Shown one piece after another: positions 27,543 to 37,149 of a stretch of 64,000 nucleotides of DNA. Numbering within the stretch: the first letter of the stretch is position 1; every line of letters begins with the position of its first letter. Origin of the DNA: Candidatus Norongarragalinales archaeon (lineage in GTDB: Archaea > Micrarchaeota > Micrarchaeia > Norongarragalinales > Norongarragalinaceae); NCBI GenBank assembly GCA_038884755.1, contig JAWABJ010000001.1, forward strand, positions 493,947 to 557,946, written 5' to 3'. The notes under the pieces were generated by a model that made no database searches, was not told the origin of the DNA, and saw nothing but the letters and a program-made list of their open reading frames with translations. Position numbers and translations under genes: made by a program.

Positions 27543-28703
27543 TCAGAATTTCCTGTAAAACTTTTCGTAGCTTTTCGCGGTCTCGTCCCAAGTGAATTTC
27601 TTGACGGCTATTTTCCGCCCTTCCGCGCCCATTTTCCTCGCGGTCTTCTTGTTTTGCAGGAGGAAGGTTATGCGCTGGGCCAGCGCCCTCGCGTCGCGCG
27701 GCTGCACGAGAAAACCGTTTTTCCCGTGCTCGATTATTTCGGGAATCCCGCCGATGTCCGTTCCAACCACGGGCTTTCCGGTCGCCATTGCTTCGACCAC
27801 GACTATTCCGAACGGCTCCCACAGTGAAGGCAGCACAAAGCAGTCGCAAGCGGCGTACAGCGCGGCCAAGTCTTTCTCGGAAAACCGTTCGGCTAGGAAA
27901 GAAATTTTTTCTTCCACGCCGAGCTTTTTCGCCTTCGCCTGCAAGTGTTCCAGCAAAGGCCCCCTCCCCAAAAGAACGAAGTGGGCTTTCCCGCCGAGCT
28001 CCTTATCCACTAGCGGAATCGCGTCAAGCAAATAATCCAGCCCCTTTTGCTCAACCAGGCGGCACACGGTCAAAACTATTTCCTTTCCTTCTGCACCCAC
28101 CAAGTCCTTCAAAATCCTCTGCCCGGAATTGCGGGGGTTGAACGCGCCCGTGTCCACGCCGTTGTAAACCACTTGCATGGGCACGCGGGTTCCTTCCGGC
28201 ACGGTGATGTCGAGCGTGTTCTTGCTCACGCCCGCAATGGCGTCGCAATTCTGCATTATCTTCCGCCCGTAAACGTCGTCGTACAACCCGCCCACCAAGT
28301 CCGTCGGCAGGTCTATGCCCTGCGGGCGGGCGTTGTGCAAGGTGAGCGCCAGTTTTTTCTTCAGGATTTTTTTGACCGTGAAGATTTCGAACATGCTGTA
28401 GACGAAGCGGTTGTGAATGTGCACTACGTCCGCTTGCTTCGCTTCTTCCACCAAGTCTGGCCATGGAAGCAGGTATAGGGGGACTGGCGGGGGAAGCGGA
28501 TGGGGAAGCCACGTCAGGACCGCTGCAGGCATCCTCACTATTCGCACGCCTTGGAATTCTTCCTCGCGCTTGGTGTGCGGCAGCATCGACGTGAGCACGG
28601 TGACCTCGTGCTTTCGCGCGAGCCGCCTGCACGCTTCGAACAAGTGCTTTTCAGTTCCGCCTGAGTAAGGGTAGTAGAAAGGGTTGAGCATCAGCAAGCG
28701 CAC
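27543..28703 (-). CDS. Glycosyltransferase family 4
   Basis: GT4 signature (LPSLWEPFGIVVVEAMATGKPVVGTDIGGIPEII). Confidence 0.8.
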   Translation of the reverse strand: MRLLMLNPFYYPYSGGTEKHLFEACRRLARKHEVTVLTSMLPHTKREEEFQGVRIVRMPAAVLTWLPHPLPPPVPLYLLPWPDLVEEAKQADVVHIHNRFVYSMFEIFTVKKILKKKLALTLHNARPQGIDLPTDLVGGLYDDVYGRKIMQNCDAIAGVSKNTLDITVPEGTRVPMQVVYNGVDTGAFNPRNSGQRILKDLVGAEGKEIVLTVCRLVEQKGLDYLLDAIPLVDKELGGKAHFVLLGRGPLLEHLQAKAKKLGVEEKISFLAERFSEKDLAALYAACDCFVLPSLWEPFGIVVVEAMATGKPVVGTDIGGIPEIIEHGKNGFLVQPRDARALAQRITFLLQNKKTARKMGAEGRKIAVKKFTWDETAKSYEKFYRKF

Positions 28704-28756
28704 TGCAATTCACCGCGTCCGCAAGCGGACAGAATTAGTAAAGTGGAAGGCTCGTT

Positions 28757-30037
28757 TTAAACTTCGTGCTTTTCGCCTAACGCCGGGGCGAAAGCCTCGA
28801 AACCGTCCTTTTCGCGCAAGTCTTTCGCAAAAGCCTCGCAAGAATCTCCGTGCACGCAATACACTTTCTCCGGATTCATTTTTTTAATCGCCTCGCGCAG
28901 TTGCTTTGCGCTCGCGTGGGCGGAAAAATCGAAGTGCTCGAAAGGCATTTGCACGTTGATTTCTCCGCCGTCTACCAAAAGCTTTTGCCCGTCCAAAAGC
29001 CTGCGTCCGTTGGTTCCTTCCACTTGGAATCCAGTGAGGAAAATCTTTCCCTTCCCGCTCTTGTTCAAAAAACTCAAGTAATTCAGTATAGGCCCTCCCT
29101 CGAGCATTCCGCTCGTGGTAAGAATTACGCACGGTTTTTCTGCTATGCGCTTTCTCATCGAACGGCCGCTGACGAATGAAGTACCTTGAAGCGCTTGGGA
29201 AAAAGCCTTGTAGTTTTTCACGTAGGAAGGATAGTCGGCGAGAAGGGTGCACACTTTCTGCGACATGCCATCCAAATACACTTTCACTCCCGAGCGCAAC
29301 AGCGCTTTTAGAACGAGCAGAATTTCCTGGCTTCGACCTACTGCGAATGATGAAATGAGTGCGACGTGCCCGTCTGCAACACAATCTTCAACCTTGCCGA
29401 TAAACCTTTTTTCCAGCGCCTTGCGTTCGGTGTGCTCTTTGAACGCGTAAGTGCTTTCCAAAACCAACGCATCTACGTTCTCGTCGGGAAACCGGGCTTT
29501 GGAAAGCAGGCGCGTTTCGGAAGAATTGAAATCGCCCGTGTAAAAAACGCGTTTTTTCTTTCCGCTTTTCTTGGATTCGAAGAATATTCCCGCGCTGCCG
29601 GGAATGTGTCCCGCATCGTAAAACTCGAATTTCGAAGAATCGAAAAACTCGTACGGCGTGTTGTAGGAAATGGGAGTGAACTTTCGGTAGAGCTTGATGG
29701 TGTCGGCGCGCTTGTAAGGCAATTGGTGGCCGTTGATTTGCGCCAGTTTTTCCGAATCCTCGAGCAAGAGCGTGGTCATGGGGATTGTAGGGAAAGTGCA
29801 GAAAGTCGGGAGGCTCGCGTGCTTGTACAAAACCGGCAGCCCGCCGGAATGGTCCAAGTGCGCGTGGGAAAGGATGCAAGCGTCGAAACGCTCACGCCCG
29901 AGTGCAGGCGGTTCGTTGTGGTCGTGCACTTTCATGCCGCAGTCGAGCGCAACCCGCAATTCGCCTGTTTCCACCGCAATACAGCTTTTGCCCACTTCGC
30001 GCGCGGCGCCCAAAAAACGCAGTTCCAAAAAAATCAA
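28757..30037 (-). CDS. Metallo-beta-lactamase/beta-CASP family ribonuclease (aCPSF-like, no KH domains)
   Basis: HxHxDH motif (SHAHLDHSGG), beta-CASP-like C-terminal half, terminal VHGD motif. Confidence 0.75.
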   Translation of the reverse strand: MIFLELRFLGAAREVGKSCIAVETGELRVALDCGMKVHDHNEPPALGRERFDACILSHAHLDHSGGLPVLYKHASLPTFCTFPTIPMTTLLLEDSEKLAQINGHQLPYKRADTIKLYRKFTPISYNTPYEFFDSSKFEFYDAGHIPGSAGIFFESKKSGKKKRVFYTGDFNSSETRLLSKARFPDENVDALVLESTYAFKEHTERKALEKRFIGKVEDCVADGHVALISSFAVGRSQEILLVLKALLRSGVKVYLDGMSQKVCTLLADYPSYVKNYKAFSQALQGTSFVSGRSMRKRIAEKPCVILTTSGMLEGGPILNYLSFLNKSGKGKIFLTGFQVEGTNGRRLLDGQKLLVDGGEINVQMPFEHFDFSAHASAKQLREAIKKMNPEKVYCVHGDSCEAFAKDLREKDGFEAFAPALGEKHEV

Positions 30038-30112
30038 TTCCTCGAGCGGGTTGAATATGCGAGCATTACTGGCGTGAAAGGTATAAAACTTTTGCCGGGG
30101 CGGAAAAACCCG

Positions 30113-30424
30113 TTAAATCTCGAATCTCTTGGGCTTTTTTTCTTTTTCCTCTTCCTGCGAAGTCTGTTTTGGAGCGTGACGGGCAACCAACTCTGCAATA
30201 ACTGCGTTATAGCCTCCCGCTCGGGGGAAAAGGGCGGGATGCTCTTGCTCGAACTTCCGGATTGCCTGGCGTATGGAGGCGACCATGGGCATCGGAGGTT
30301 CGCTGGCGTTCAACTGCTGCATTGCGCTAGCCGCCTGGCGGGCAGAATGTCGTATGTCGGCATTTTCGCTCAGATGGTCGGCAAGCTCAGATGGAGTGAA
30401 GCGCGGTCCCGTCGCCTCACGCAT
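30113..30424 (-). CDS. Hypothetical protein (about 104 aa)
   Basis: Start set at internal ATG (MREATGPRFTPSELADHL...); divergent from the ATP-grasp gene; no motif recognised; could be spurious. Confidence 0.3.
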   Translation of the reverse strand: MREATGPRFTPSELADHLSENADIRHSARQAASAMQQLNASEPPMPMVASIRQAIRKFEQEHPALFPRAGGYNAVIAELVARHAPKQTSQEEEKEKKPKRFEI

Positions 30425-30545
30425 TCTCAAACGATTTTCTTCCAAAACAACGCACCTAAAAAAAAACAAAGTTGAAACGCGTATAAAACCTTCGCTTACG
30501 CACATAACACCGAACGCTTTTATTTGCGGGAAAGTTATTGTAGTC

Positions 30546-31199
30546 ATGCGGCTGTTGGACTATTCGCAAACGCGCGCGCTGTTGCAAAAGCACGGCATCG
30601 CTTGCGCAAAAGGAGTTTACTGCGCCGGCGCGGACGAGGTTTTGAAGGAAAGCAAAACCGTGCCCAAACCGTGGGTTTTGAAAGTCATGGGAAAAAACGT
30701 CCTCCACAAGACGGAAAAAAGCCTTATTGCACTTGATCTGCACGATTTCGAGCACTTGTACCACGCGGCGCAAAGGCTTGAGGCAAACGCTCGTTCCGCG
30801 GGGTTAGGCAAAGGCGAGTGGGGGTTCCTGCTTCAAAGCAAAATCAACGGCGTGGAACTCATAATAGGAGGCAAGCGCGATGCGGCTTTCGGAAAGACGG
30901 TTTTGTTCGGAAGCGGGGGTGTTGCCGTGGAGTTGTTCAAAGATTTTTCCACGCGCGTGTGCCCCATTGCGGAGAGCGACGCGCTGGAAATGATTGAGGA
31001 AACCAAAGCCTCAGCGTATTTCACGAGAGAAGGGTTCAGGGGAAGGAAGGCGAGCAGGCAAAAGATAGTGGAATTGCTTTTGAAAACGAGCGGATTGCTC
31101 GAAAGCGAAAAGCAAATAGAAAGCCTGGACTTCAACCCAGTGATTGCCGACGCGCAAAACGCGTGGGTTGTCGACGCCAAGATAACGGTGGGAGAATGA
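30546..31199 (+). CDS. ATP-grasp domain protein, acyl-CoA synthetase (NDP-forming) beta-subunit-like
   Basis: 217 aa from ATG 30546 (MRLLDYSQTRALLQKHGI...); ATP-grasp-like layout typical of ACD beta. Confidence 0.6.
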   Translation: MRLLDYSQTRALLQKHGIACAKGVYCAGADEVLKESKTVPKPWVLKVMGKNVLHKTEKSLIALDLHDFEHLYHAAQRLEANARSAGLGKGEWGFLLQSKINGVELIIGGKRDAAFGKTVLFGSGGVAVELFKDFSTRVCPIAESDALEMIEETKASAYFTREGFRGRKASRQKIVELLLKTSGLLESEKQIESLDFNPVIADAQNAWVVDAKITVGE

Positions 31200-32209
31200 A
31201 AACGAGCATAGGGTTTTTTGACACTACGCCCGAAGACGAGGCTTACTTCAAGAAAACGCTGAAGCAATTCAAGCTGGTATTCTGCGGCGAGTTGAACGAG
31301 CGGAACATAGCCAAAGCCGCGTCGTGCAAGGTAATCTCGTGCTTTGCGCTTGCGAAAACGCGGCTCGACGGGAAAGTGCTTCCGAAAATGCCTTTTCTCA
31401 AGCTCATAGCCACGCGCTCGACCGGATTCGACCACATCGACTTGCAAGAATGCAGGAAGCGCGGGATAACGGTTGAAACCGTTCCTTCGTACGGCGACAA
31501 CACTGTCGCCGAACACGCGTTCGCGCTTACGCTGGCGTTGTCGCGGAAGATAATCGAGGCGAACGAGCGCGTGAGGAAAGGCGATTTCAGCGTGGAAGGG
31601 CTTACTGGATTCGACTTGGAAGGAAAGACCATCGGCATAATAGGAACGGGAAGGATAGGAGCGAACGTCGCGCGCATAGCGCACGGCTTCGGAATGAAAA
31701 TCCTCGCTTTCGACATGCGAAAAAACTCGGAACTGGAAAGGAAATACGGGGTCAAGTACGTCCCGCTCGCGGCAGTGCTTAAAAACGCAGACGTGATAAC
31801 CCTGCACGTTCCCTTGAACGACAAGACGCACCACTTGGTGAACAAGCGCAACATCCGCCTTGTGAAAAAAGGCGCGATTCTCGTCAACACTTCGAGGGGC
31901 GCGGTGGTGGAAACCAAAGCGCTGCTGGAAGGGCTGAGCAAAGGCATTCTTTCAGGCGCGGCGTTGGACGTTTTGGAAGAGGAAGGCACGCTACGCGACG
32001 AAGACGAGGTTTTGAAGGCGATTCAAGGCAACCACCAAGAGGTTTTGAAAACCATGCTGGAAAACCACATTTTACTCAAGTGGAACAACGTCTTGATTAC
32101 GCCGCACATCGCATTCAATTCGAGGGAAGCTTTGCACAGGATAAGGCAGACTACCGCCGAAAACATCAAGGCGTTCGTGAAAGGAAAGAAACAGAATGCG
32201 GTGTGCTGA
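31196..32209 (+). CDS. D-isomer-specific 2-hydroxyacid dehydrogenase (NAD-binding)
   Basis: Rossmann motif GIIGTGRIGANVA, catalytic-domain motifs (LVNTSRG, ITPHIA); start overlaps the ATP-grasp stop (ATGA). Confidence 0.8.
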   Translation: MKTSIGFFDTTPEDEAYFKKTLKQFKLVFCGELNERNIAKAASCKVISCFALAKTRLDGKVLPKMPFLKLIATRSTGFDHIDLQECRKRGITVETVPSYGDNTVAEHAFALTLALSRKIIEANERVRKGDFSVEGLTGFDLEGKTIGIIGTGRIGANVARIAHGFGMKILAFDMRKNSELERKYGVKYVPLAAVLKNADVITLHVPLNDKTHHLVNKRNIRLVKKGAILVNTSRGAVVETKALLEGLSKGILSGAALDVLEEEGTLRDEDEVLKAIQGNHQEVLKTMLENHILLKWNNVLITPHIAFNSREALHRIRQTTAENIKAFVKGKKQNAVC

Positions 32210-33572
32210 AGTGAATTTGGATTGTTTGCTCGAGCCGAAGAGCATCGCGGTGGTTGGCGCTTCCGACGAGAAGGACAGCGTGGGCTACGGAATCATGGCT
32301 TCGCTCTTGAAAGGGAGCGTTTTCCCGTCTAAATACGCCAAGCCCTTTAAAGGAAAAGTGTTTGCGGTCAACCCGCACCACACGAAAATAATGGGACTGA
32401 AGGCGTATGCCAGCGTTTTGGGCGTAAAGGAAAAAATCGGCTTGGCGGTAATCGCCGTTCCCGCGCAAATCGTGCCGCAGGTTTTGCGCGAGTGCGGGGA
32501 AAAAAAAATCCCGGCCGCCATCGTGATTTCTTCAGGATTCGGCGAAACCGGAAACAAAAGCCTTGAAACGCAAGTTGAAAGAACGGCGAGGGAAAACGAC
32601 ATCGCACTGCTCGGCCCGAACACGGTTGGCTTGATGGTTCCAGGCGTTTTCAACGCTTCTTTCGCGCTGAGCGTGCCTAAAGCCGGGAACGTGGCTTTCG
32701 TTTCGCAAAGCGGGGCGCTGGCCGACAGCGTGATAGATTGGGCGCTCGAAGACTTGTTCCCTTTCAGGGCGATAGTCGGGTTGGGCAACAAGACCGTTTT
32801 GGACGAAAGCGATTTCACCAGGCATTTTGCCGACGACGATAAAACCAAGGTAATTGCATTGTACTTGGAGGGAGTGAAAGACGGGAGGAAGTTTTTGCAG
32901 TCGCTGCGCTACGCGCGTGCCAAGGGAAAGACAGTCGTGGTTTTGAAAGGCGGGGTGGGAAGGAAAGGCGTCGAGGCGGCGCAAACGCACACCGCCAGCC
33001 TGGCGGGCGACGATTCGGTTTTCGAAGGCGCGTTGAAGCAGGCGAAAGCCAAAAGGGCGTACTCCCTGGAAGAGCTTTTCGAACTTTCGAAGGCGTTGAG
33101 CATGCAACCTCGCGCAAAGAAAAACGCCATCGCAATAATAACCAACGGAGGAGGGGCGGGCGTGTTGTGCGCCGACGCGTGCGAAAAGCACGGTGTGAAG
33201 CTCGCCGAGCTCGACCCGCTAACAATCTCCAAGCTCAACCCGTTCATGCACAAAGCCTGGTCGCGCGCGAACCCCGTTGATTTAATCGGGGACGCTTTGC
33301 CCCAGCGTTACGAAAAAGCTTTGGAAGTCTTGCTTTCCGACCGGAATGTCGGCGGGGCGATAGTGATACAAACGCTGCAAACCATGACCAAGCCAGAGGA
33401 AGACGCGCGGGTTGTCGTGCGCATGGCAAGAAAATTCGAAAAGCCAGTCGTAAGCGTGTTCATGGGCGGGCTTTACACGAAAAAAAGCATCCGCATCCTG
33501 CACGAAAACTCTATTCCCAACTACAACGACCCGGTAAAAGCCGCGAAAGCCATGTCCCGCCTAGTGGAATAG
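32196..33572 (+). CDS. Acyl-CoA synthetase (NDP-forming) alpha subunit (CoA-binding plus ligase-CoA domains)
   Basis: 458 aa; N-terminal CoA-binding fold (SIAVVGASDEKDSVGYGI), succinyl-CoA-synthetase-like alpha domain (AFVSQSGAL...IITNGGGAGVL). Confidence 0.8.
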   Translation: MRCAEVNLDCLLEPKSIAVVGASDEKDSVGYGIMASLLKGSVFPSKYAKPFKGKVFAVNPHHTKIMGLKAYASVLGVKEKIGLAVIAVPAQIVPQVLRECGEKKIPAAIVISSGFGETGNKSLETQVERTARENDIALLGPNTVGLMVPGVFNASFALSVPKAGNVAFVSQSGALADSVIDWALEDLFPFRAIVGLGNKTVLDESDFTRHFADDDKTKVIALYLEGVKDGRKFLQSLRYARAKGKTVVVLKGGVGRKGVEAAQTHTASLAGDDSVFEGALKQAKAKRAYSLEELFELSKALSMQPRAKKNAIAIITNGGGAGVLCADACEKHGVKLAELDPLTISKLNPFMHKAWSRANPVDLIGDALPQRYEKALEVLLSDRNVGGAIVIQTLQTMTKPEEDARVVVRMARKFEKPVVSVFMGGLYTKKSIRILHENSIPNYNDPVKAAKAMSRLVE

Positions 33573-33662
33573 CCGCGCGAATAAAAAGCGAAATCAATTT
33601 AAAGCCTTGGTGAGAGTTCTTAATGCGTTCAAAAAGCGCTTTGCAAAGGAGGGGGGGAATTA

Positions 33663-34262
33663 ATGAAAATCGAAGAAAAAATAATGCTGCTTTTAGTTCC
33701 GATTGCTTTTGTTGCTATAATGTCCGCCGCGGTTTCGGCAGACTACGCGCAAACCACGGTGTTCTTCAACGTTCCTACTTCAACCGCATTTACCGTTACG
33801 CTTCCGGGCCAAGGTGCGGTAAGCTCCAACAGCACTCAAAACCCCAACTCTCCGCCGACCGCAAACATTGAGTTTAACGCAAGCAGTTCCACTGTCAACA
33901 ACGTAGTCCCTTGCGTTACGGGCGGCTCGTGCCAGTCCGGCGAAGGGCCGTCAGGAACGCCCATATTCCAGTATGACAACACGGGCAACGTCAACATTTC
34001 AATCCAATTGATTTTCAACTCCACGCTTCCATCGGGAGTAACCGTTCGCGCTAACAGCAGCTGGGACAACGGCGGGGTAAGCAACGGAACTGCATTCGCC
34101 GGCGACAGGCCGGTCAACGCGACTGAAAACACTACGTTGGGAACCAACATCGACTGGAACGCGGCGAGTTTTCTCAACGTTTACATGTACGCCAACTTCA
34201 GCGCGGTCGTGGGTGGAACCAGGACGACCAGGCTGCTCAACCACACGAGCGTCTCAAGCTGA
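33663..34262 (+). CDS. Small secreted N-x-S/T sequon-rich protein (199 aa)
   Basis: Signal peptide (IMLLLVPIAFVAIMSAAVSA), many N-x-S/T sequons; followed by an accessory gene, like the 1599-aa gene. Confidence 0.6.
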   Translation: MKIEEKIMLLLVPIAFVAIMSAAVSADYAQTTVFFNVPTSTAFTVTLPGQGAVSSNSTQNPNSPPTANIEFNASSSTVNNVVPCVTGGSCQSGEGPSGTPIFQYDNTGNVNISIQLIFNSTLPSGVTVRANSSWDNGGVSNGTAFAGDRPVNATENTTLGTNIDWNAASFLNVYMYANFSAVVGGTRTTRLLNHTSVSS

Positions 34263-34381
34263 GGCGCGAACACAGGGCGGGAACTTTGCTTTTTCGAAAA
34301 GCAGCCGCCCTTTCCTTGGTTTATTGTTTTTTTTGAAAAGCTAGGAATTTTCGAATTTACGGTTTTCGGTGGGTTTTAGCA

Positions 34382-35287
34382 TTGGAAGGCTTCAAGAAAA
34401 TAACGGCATTCGCGGGAATCTTTTTCTTGGGAGTGCTTCTTTTGGGCTGCGTGCAAGGCGGAGAAGCCAACTCGGCAAACGAAACGCAAAGCATACCTAC
34501 ACCAGAGCTTACAAGCGCAGAGCAAGAGCTCGTCAAATACCCTGAACTTGCGGGTTTCATCAAATCATACCAGCAGGTGGGCGCACCCGCGCAACGCCCC
34601 GACTACTTGCCCAGCATAGTCTTCTCCAAACTCCCCCCGTTTCCCAGAGACTTTTACTCTGTTGATTTGCTGGTTGAAAACGGCATTTTCAGCGACATGA
34701 AGCTCATCGAGGAAGCGTATTGGAAGCAACCCGAATTCTATCCTGAATTCGAAAGGCAGGCCGTGCTGGCGTACCAAAAGCCGCCCACCGACCGCTGGGC
34801 TGCGTTCGGAATAGGCTCGTACCCTTCGGAAGTTGGAATCTTGAGCCCGCGAAACAACGTTTTCGAAGTCAACTTTTTCATCCACACTAGCTGGCTGGTG
34901 CAAACCTACCAGGGAACTCGATTCAACTACGGCTTTCCAGCCAAAGGCGAGTTACTCAAGTCAGACTTTCCCGACGGGACGAGAAACGTGACGCAAGACC
35001 CTGAAGTGGTGGCAAAGTATTTCGACGTTGAAATAACGCCTAGGGAAATCCTTTTGGAACCGGCGTTCCCGGTTTTCGAGCCCAACTGGGTGCAGAAAAT
35101 AACGGTTAGGGTGAAAGTGAAAGACGCGCCGCCCGGAAGGTATTACATAGCAATCGGCAGCCAAAGCCCGTCCAAGGAAAAGGCGGACGAGTGGCTTTGG
35201 AAGTATAAAACGCGTTATACTGACGCTGCAAACTCTTTCGGCGGCGTGATACAGCCGTGGCTCGGCATTTTCATCGACATAACGTGA
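34382..35287 (+). CDS. Conserved accessory protein A (lipoprotein-like signal), paralogue of 44098-44850
   Basis: Signal with lipobox-like LLLGC; shares with the paralogue FPRDF, EAYW(K/R)QPE, RWAA.G.GSYP, SWLV.(S/T)YQG, EP/GPA.PVF..NWV.KI and PPG.Y blocks. Confidence 0.6.
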   Translation: MEGFKKITAFAGIFFLGVLLLGCVQGGEANSANETQSIPTPELTSAEQELVKYPELAGFIKSYQQVGAPAQRPDYLPSIVFSKLPPFPRDFYSVDLLVENGIFSDMKLIEEAYWKQPEFYPEFERQAVLAYQKPPTDRWAAFGIGSYPSEVGILSPRNNVFEVNFFIHTSWLVQTYQGTRFNYGFPAKGELLKSDFPDGTRNVTQDPEVVAKYFDVEITPREILLEPAFPVFEPNWVQKITVRVKVKDAPPGRYYIAIGSQSPSKEKADEWLWKYKTRYTDAANSFGGVIQPWLGIFIDIT

Positions 35288-35346
35288 AAACCCGATTCGC
35301 TTGTTTACCCACAAGCACTTTTAAACAACCGGGCAGTAGGGATAGT

Positions 35347-37044
35347 ATGCTAAAAGGGAGAAAGCACTCGTCAGCGGAAATCCTCCTGGTTTTGACGGCA
35401 GTTTTAGCCGGAATCGCACATTCTGAATTCGGGCAAGGGGGAATTTTCTTCGGGGTTACGGAAACCAATCCCATAGTAAACATAACCAACATCGTGTTTT
35501 CCCCAAGCCAAATAGTGCAAGGCTCGACCACAGACGTTTCAGTGTATTTGGAGAATACTGGAGGGACTGCCGCGAACACTACCGTCAACATAACGATTTT
35601 CTATTCCAACGGCAGCGTTGCAGACGTGATTCAATACGACCCGACGGTCGTCGCGTCCGGGGGAACGCTGCAGATAATCAAGAGTTATAACACAGACTCT
35701 CGGCCGCTGGGCACGTACACGGCGAATGGCACGGGCTACTACTCGTTCAACTCAAGCAATTTTGAAACCAACACGTTCAGCACCACGTTCCAAATAATCG
35801 CCGCCCCGCCTGAAGGCGGTGGGGGCGGAGGAGGGACGGGCGGAGACGTTCGCATTCCCGCTCCGACCACGATTCCGCCGGAATTGAAGCCCGCGCCTGG
35901 AGGAGGGCTGGAGTTCACGAGGACAACGGTTTTGAAGGAAGTTACTCCAGGGACGAATGCGATTGAAAGCATTGGACTTAAAAACAACGAGGAAAACGAG
36001 CAGCTGGTGAGGGTGAATTTCGACAAGGCGCCTTGGGTGAGGGCGAGGAGAAGCGAATTCATCATGCTTGCGAAAGAAGAACAAACAGTCAATTTGCTCA
36101 TAGACATTCCCGAAAACGCTAAGCCTGGAGACTATCTCGCGCAAATGAGCTTGGAAACCGACTCGGGAGTCGCCAGCGAATTCATGGCCATACGCGTGAA
36201 GCCCAAAATCCAAAGCCCAATAGCAACAAAAACCATTTTCCTCGACCGCAACCAGCGTTTCACCCTCGTCAAAATACAAGTTGAAAACCCGTCAGACCAA
36301 CTGATTCCAAAGGTTTTGGTTGAAGAAGAGATTCCCCGCGCGCTCGCGACCGAAGAAAGCAAGCTTCGCTTTCTGGACAAGCCGGGGGTCGTCACGAACG
36401 ACGCGCCGTTATCCGTAGCGTGGACTTTCAGCGACATTCTCCCGCAAGAGACTGACACCATCTCCTACCAGATAAACACTTTGCTCGGGGAGTATTCCAC
36501 TTACGCCTACTGGCCGATAAAACAAGTGGTCATTCCCGACGAGGTGAGTTTCGAAAGCTTGGTGAGGCTGGTCGAACTGCACTCGCCCACGTTCGCGCCT
36601 GGCGAGGAGAAGGAAGTCACGGCAAGAATTTACTACACGGGCTTGGACCCGCTTCCGATAAGCGCTTCGCTTAGCCTTCCCGAGTCATTCCAAGTCACTC
36701 CTTCTGCTATAGAACGCACGCTCCAGCCCGCGTCGTTCCAAAACTTCGTTTTCAAAGTGAAAGCCCCGCAGGAAAAACCCGGCACGTACATAGCCACGTT
36801 TTACCTCAACTCGCAGGCGGGAAGAATGCAGAGGACTACCACGCTCATCCTGGCCGCGCCCGAGGCAGGCAGCGAAGGAATACTGTATTTGGCAGGGGGG
36901 CTGGCGATAGTAATCCTGCTGGTTATAGTGTTCACTCTGCGCAACAAGGGGGACGGCGTGCAGAAGGAAGAGATTGAAGACATCATAGACCGGGAGACCT
37001 ACTTGCGCGAAGTCAAGGGAATACTCAAGAAAGGAAGGCCTTGA
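35347..37044 (+). CDS. Secreted surface protein with CARDB-like N-terminal domain, Gly-rich linker and C-terminal TM anchor
   Basis: Signal peptide (ILLVLTAVLAGIAHS), N-glycosylation sequons, poly-Gly linker (EGGGGGGGTGG), C-terminal helix (GILYLAGGLAIVILLVIVFTL). Confidence 0.65.
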   Translation: MLKGRKHSSAEILLVLTAVLAGIAHSEFGQGGIFFGVTETNPIVNITNIVFSPSQIVQGSTTDVSVYLENTGGTAANTTVNITIFYSNGSVADVIQYDPTVVASGGTLQIIKSYNTDSRPLGTYTANGTGYYSFNSSNFETNTFSTTFQIIAAPPEGGGGGGGTGGDVRIPAPTTIPPELKPAPGGGLEFTRTTVLKEVTPGTNAIESIGLKNNEENEQLVRVNFDKAPWVRARRSEFIMLAKEEQTVNLLIDIPENAKPGDYLAQMSLETDSGVASEFMAIRVKPKIQSPIATKTIFLDRNQRFTLVKIQVENPSDQLIPKVLVEEEIPRALATEESKLRFLDKPGVVTNDAPLSVAWTFSDILPQETDTISYQINTLLGEYSTYAYWPIKQVVIPDEVSFESLVRLVELHSPTFAPGEEKEVTARIYYTGLDPLPISASLSLPESFQVTPSAIERTLQPASFQNFVFKVKAPQEKPGTYIATFYLNSQAGRMQRTTTLILAAPEAGSEGILYLAGGLAIVILLVIVFTLRNKGDGVQKEEIEDIIDRETYLREVKGILKKGRP

Positions 37045-37063
37045 AAGCAACGCCATTTTTAAA

Positions 37064-37102
37064 CTCGCTTTGCGTTCCTATTTTTATAAAAAGCGAAGCG
37101 AG
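37064..37102. promoter_or_regulatory. Inverted repeat CTCGCTT...AAGCGAG enclosing a palindromic TATA-like core (TTTTTATAAAAA), upstream of the MinD-like gene
   Basis: 7-bp perfect arms at 37064-37070 and 37096-37102; followed by an A-run rather than a T-run, so more operator/promoter-like than terminator-like. Confidence 0.25.
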
Positions 37103-37149
37103 AAAAAAGGCCTGCAACTCCCACGGTTGAGAGGGGAGACGAAAAGGGT

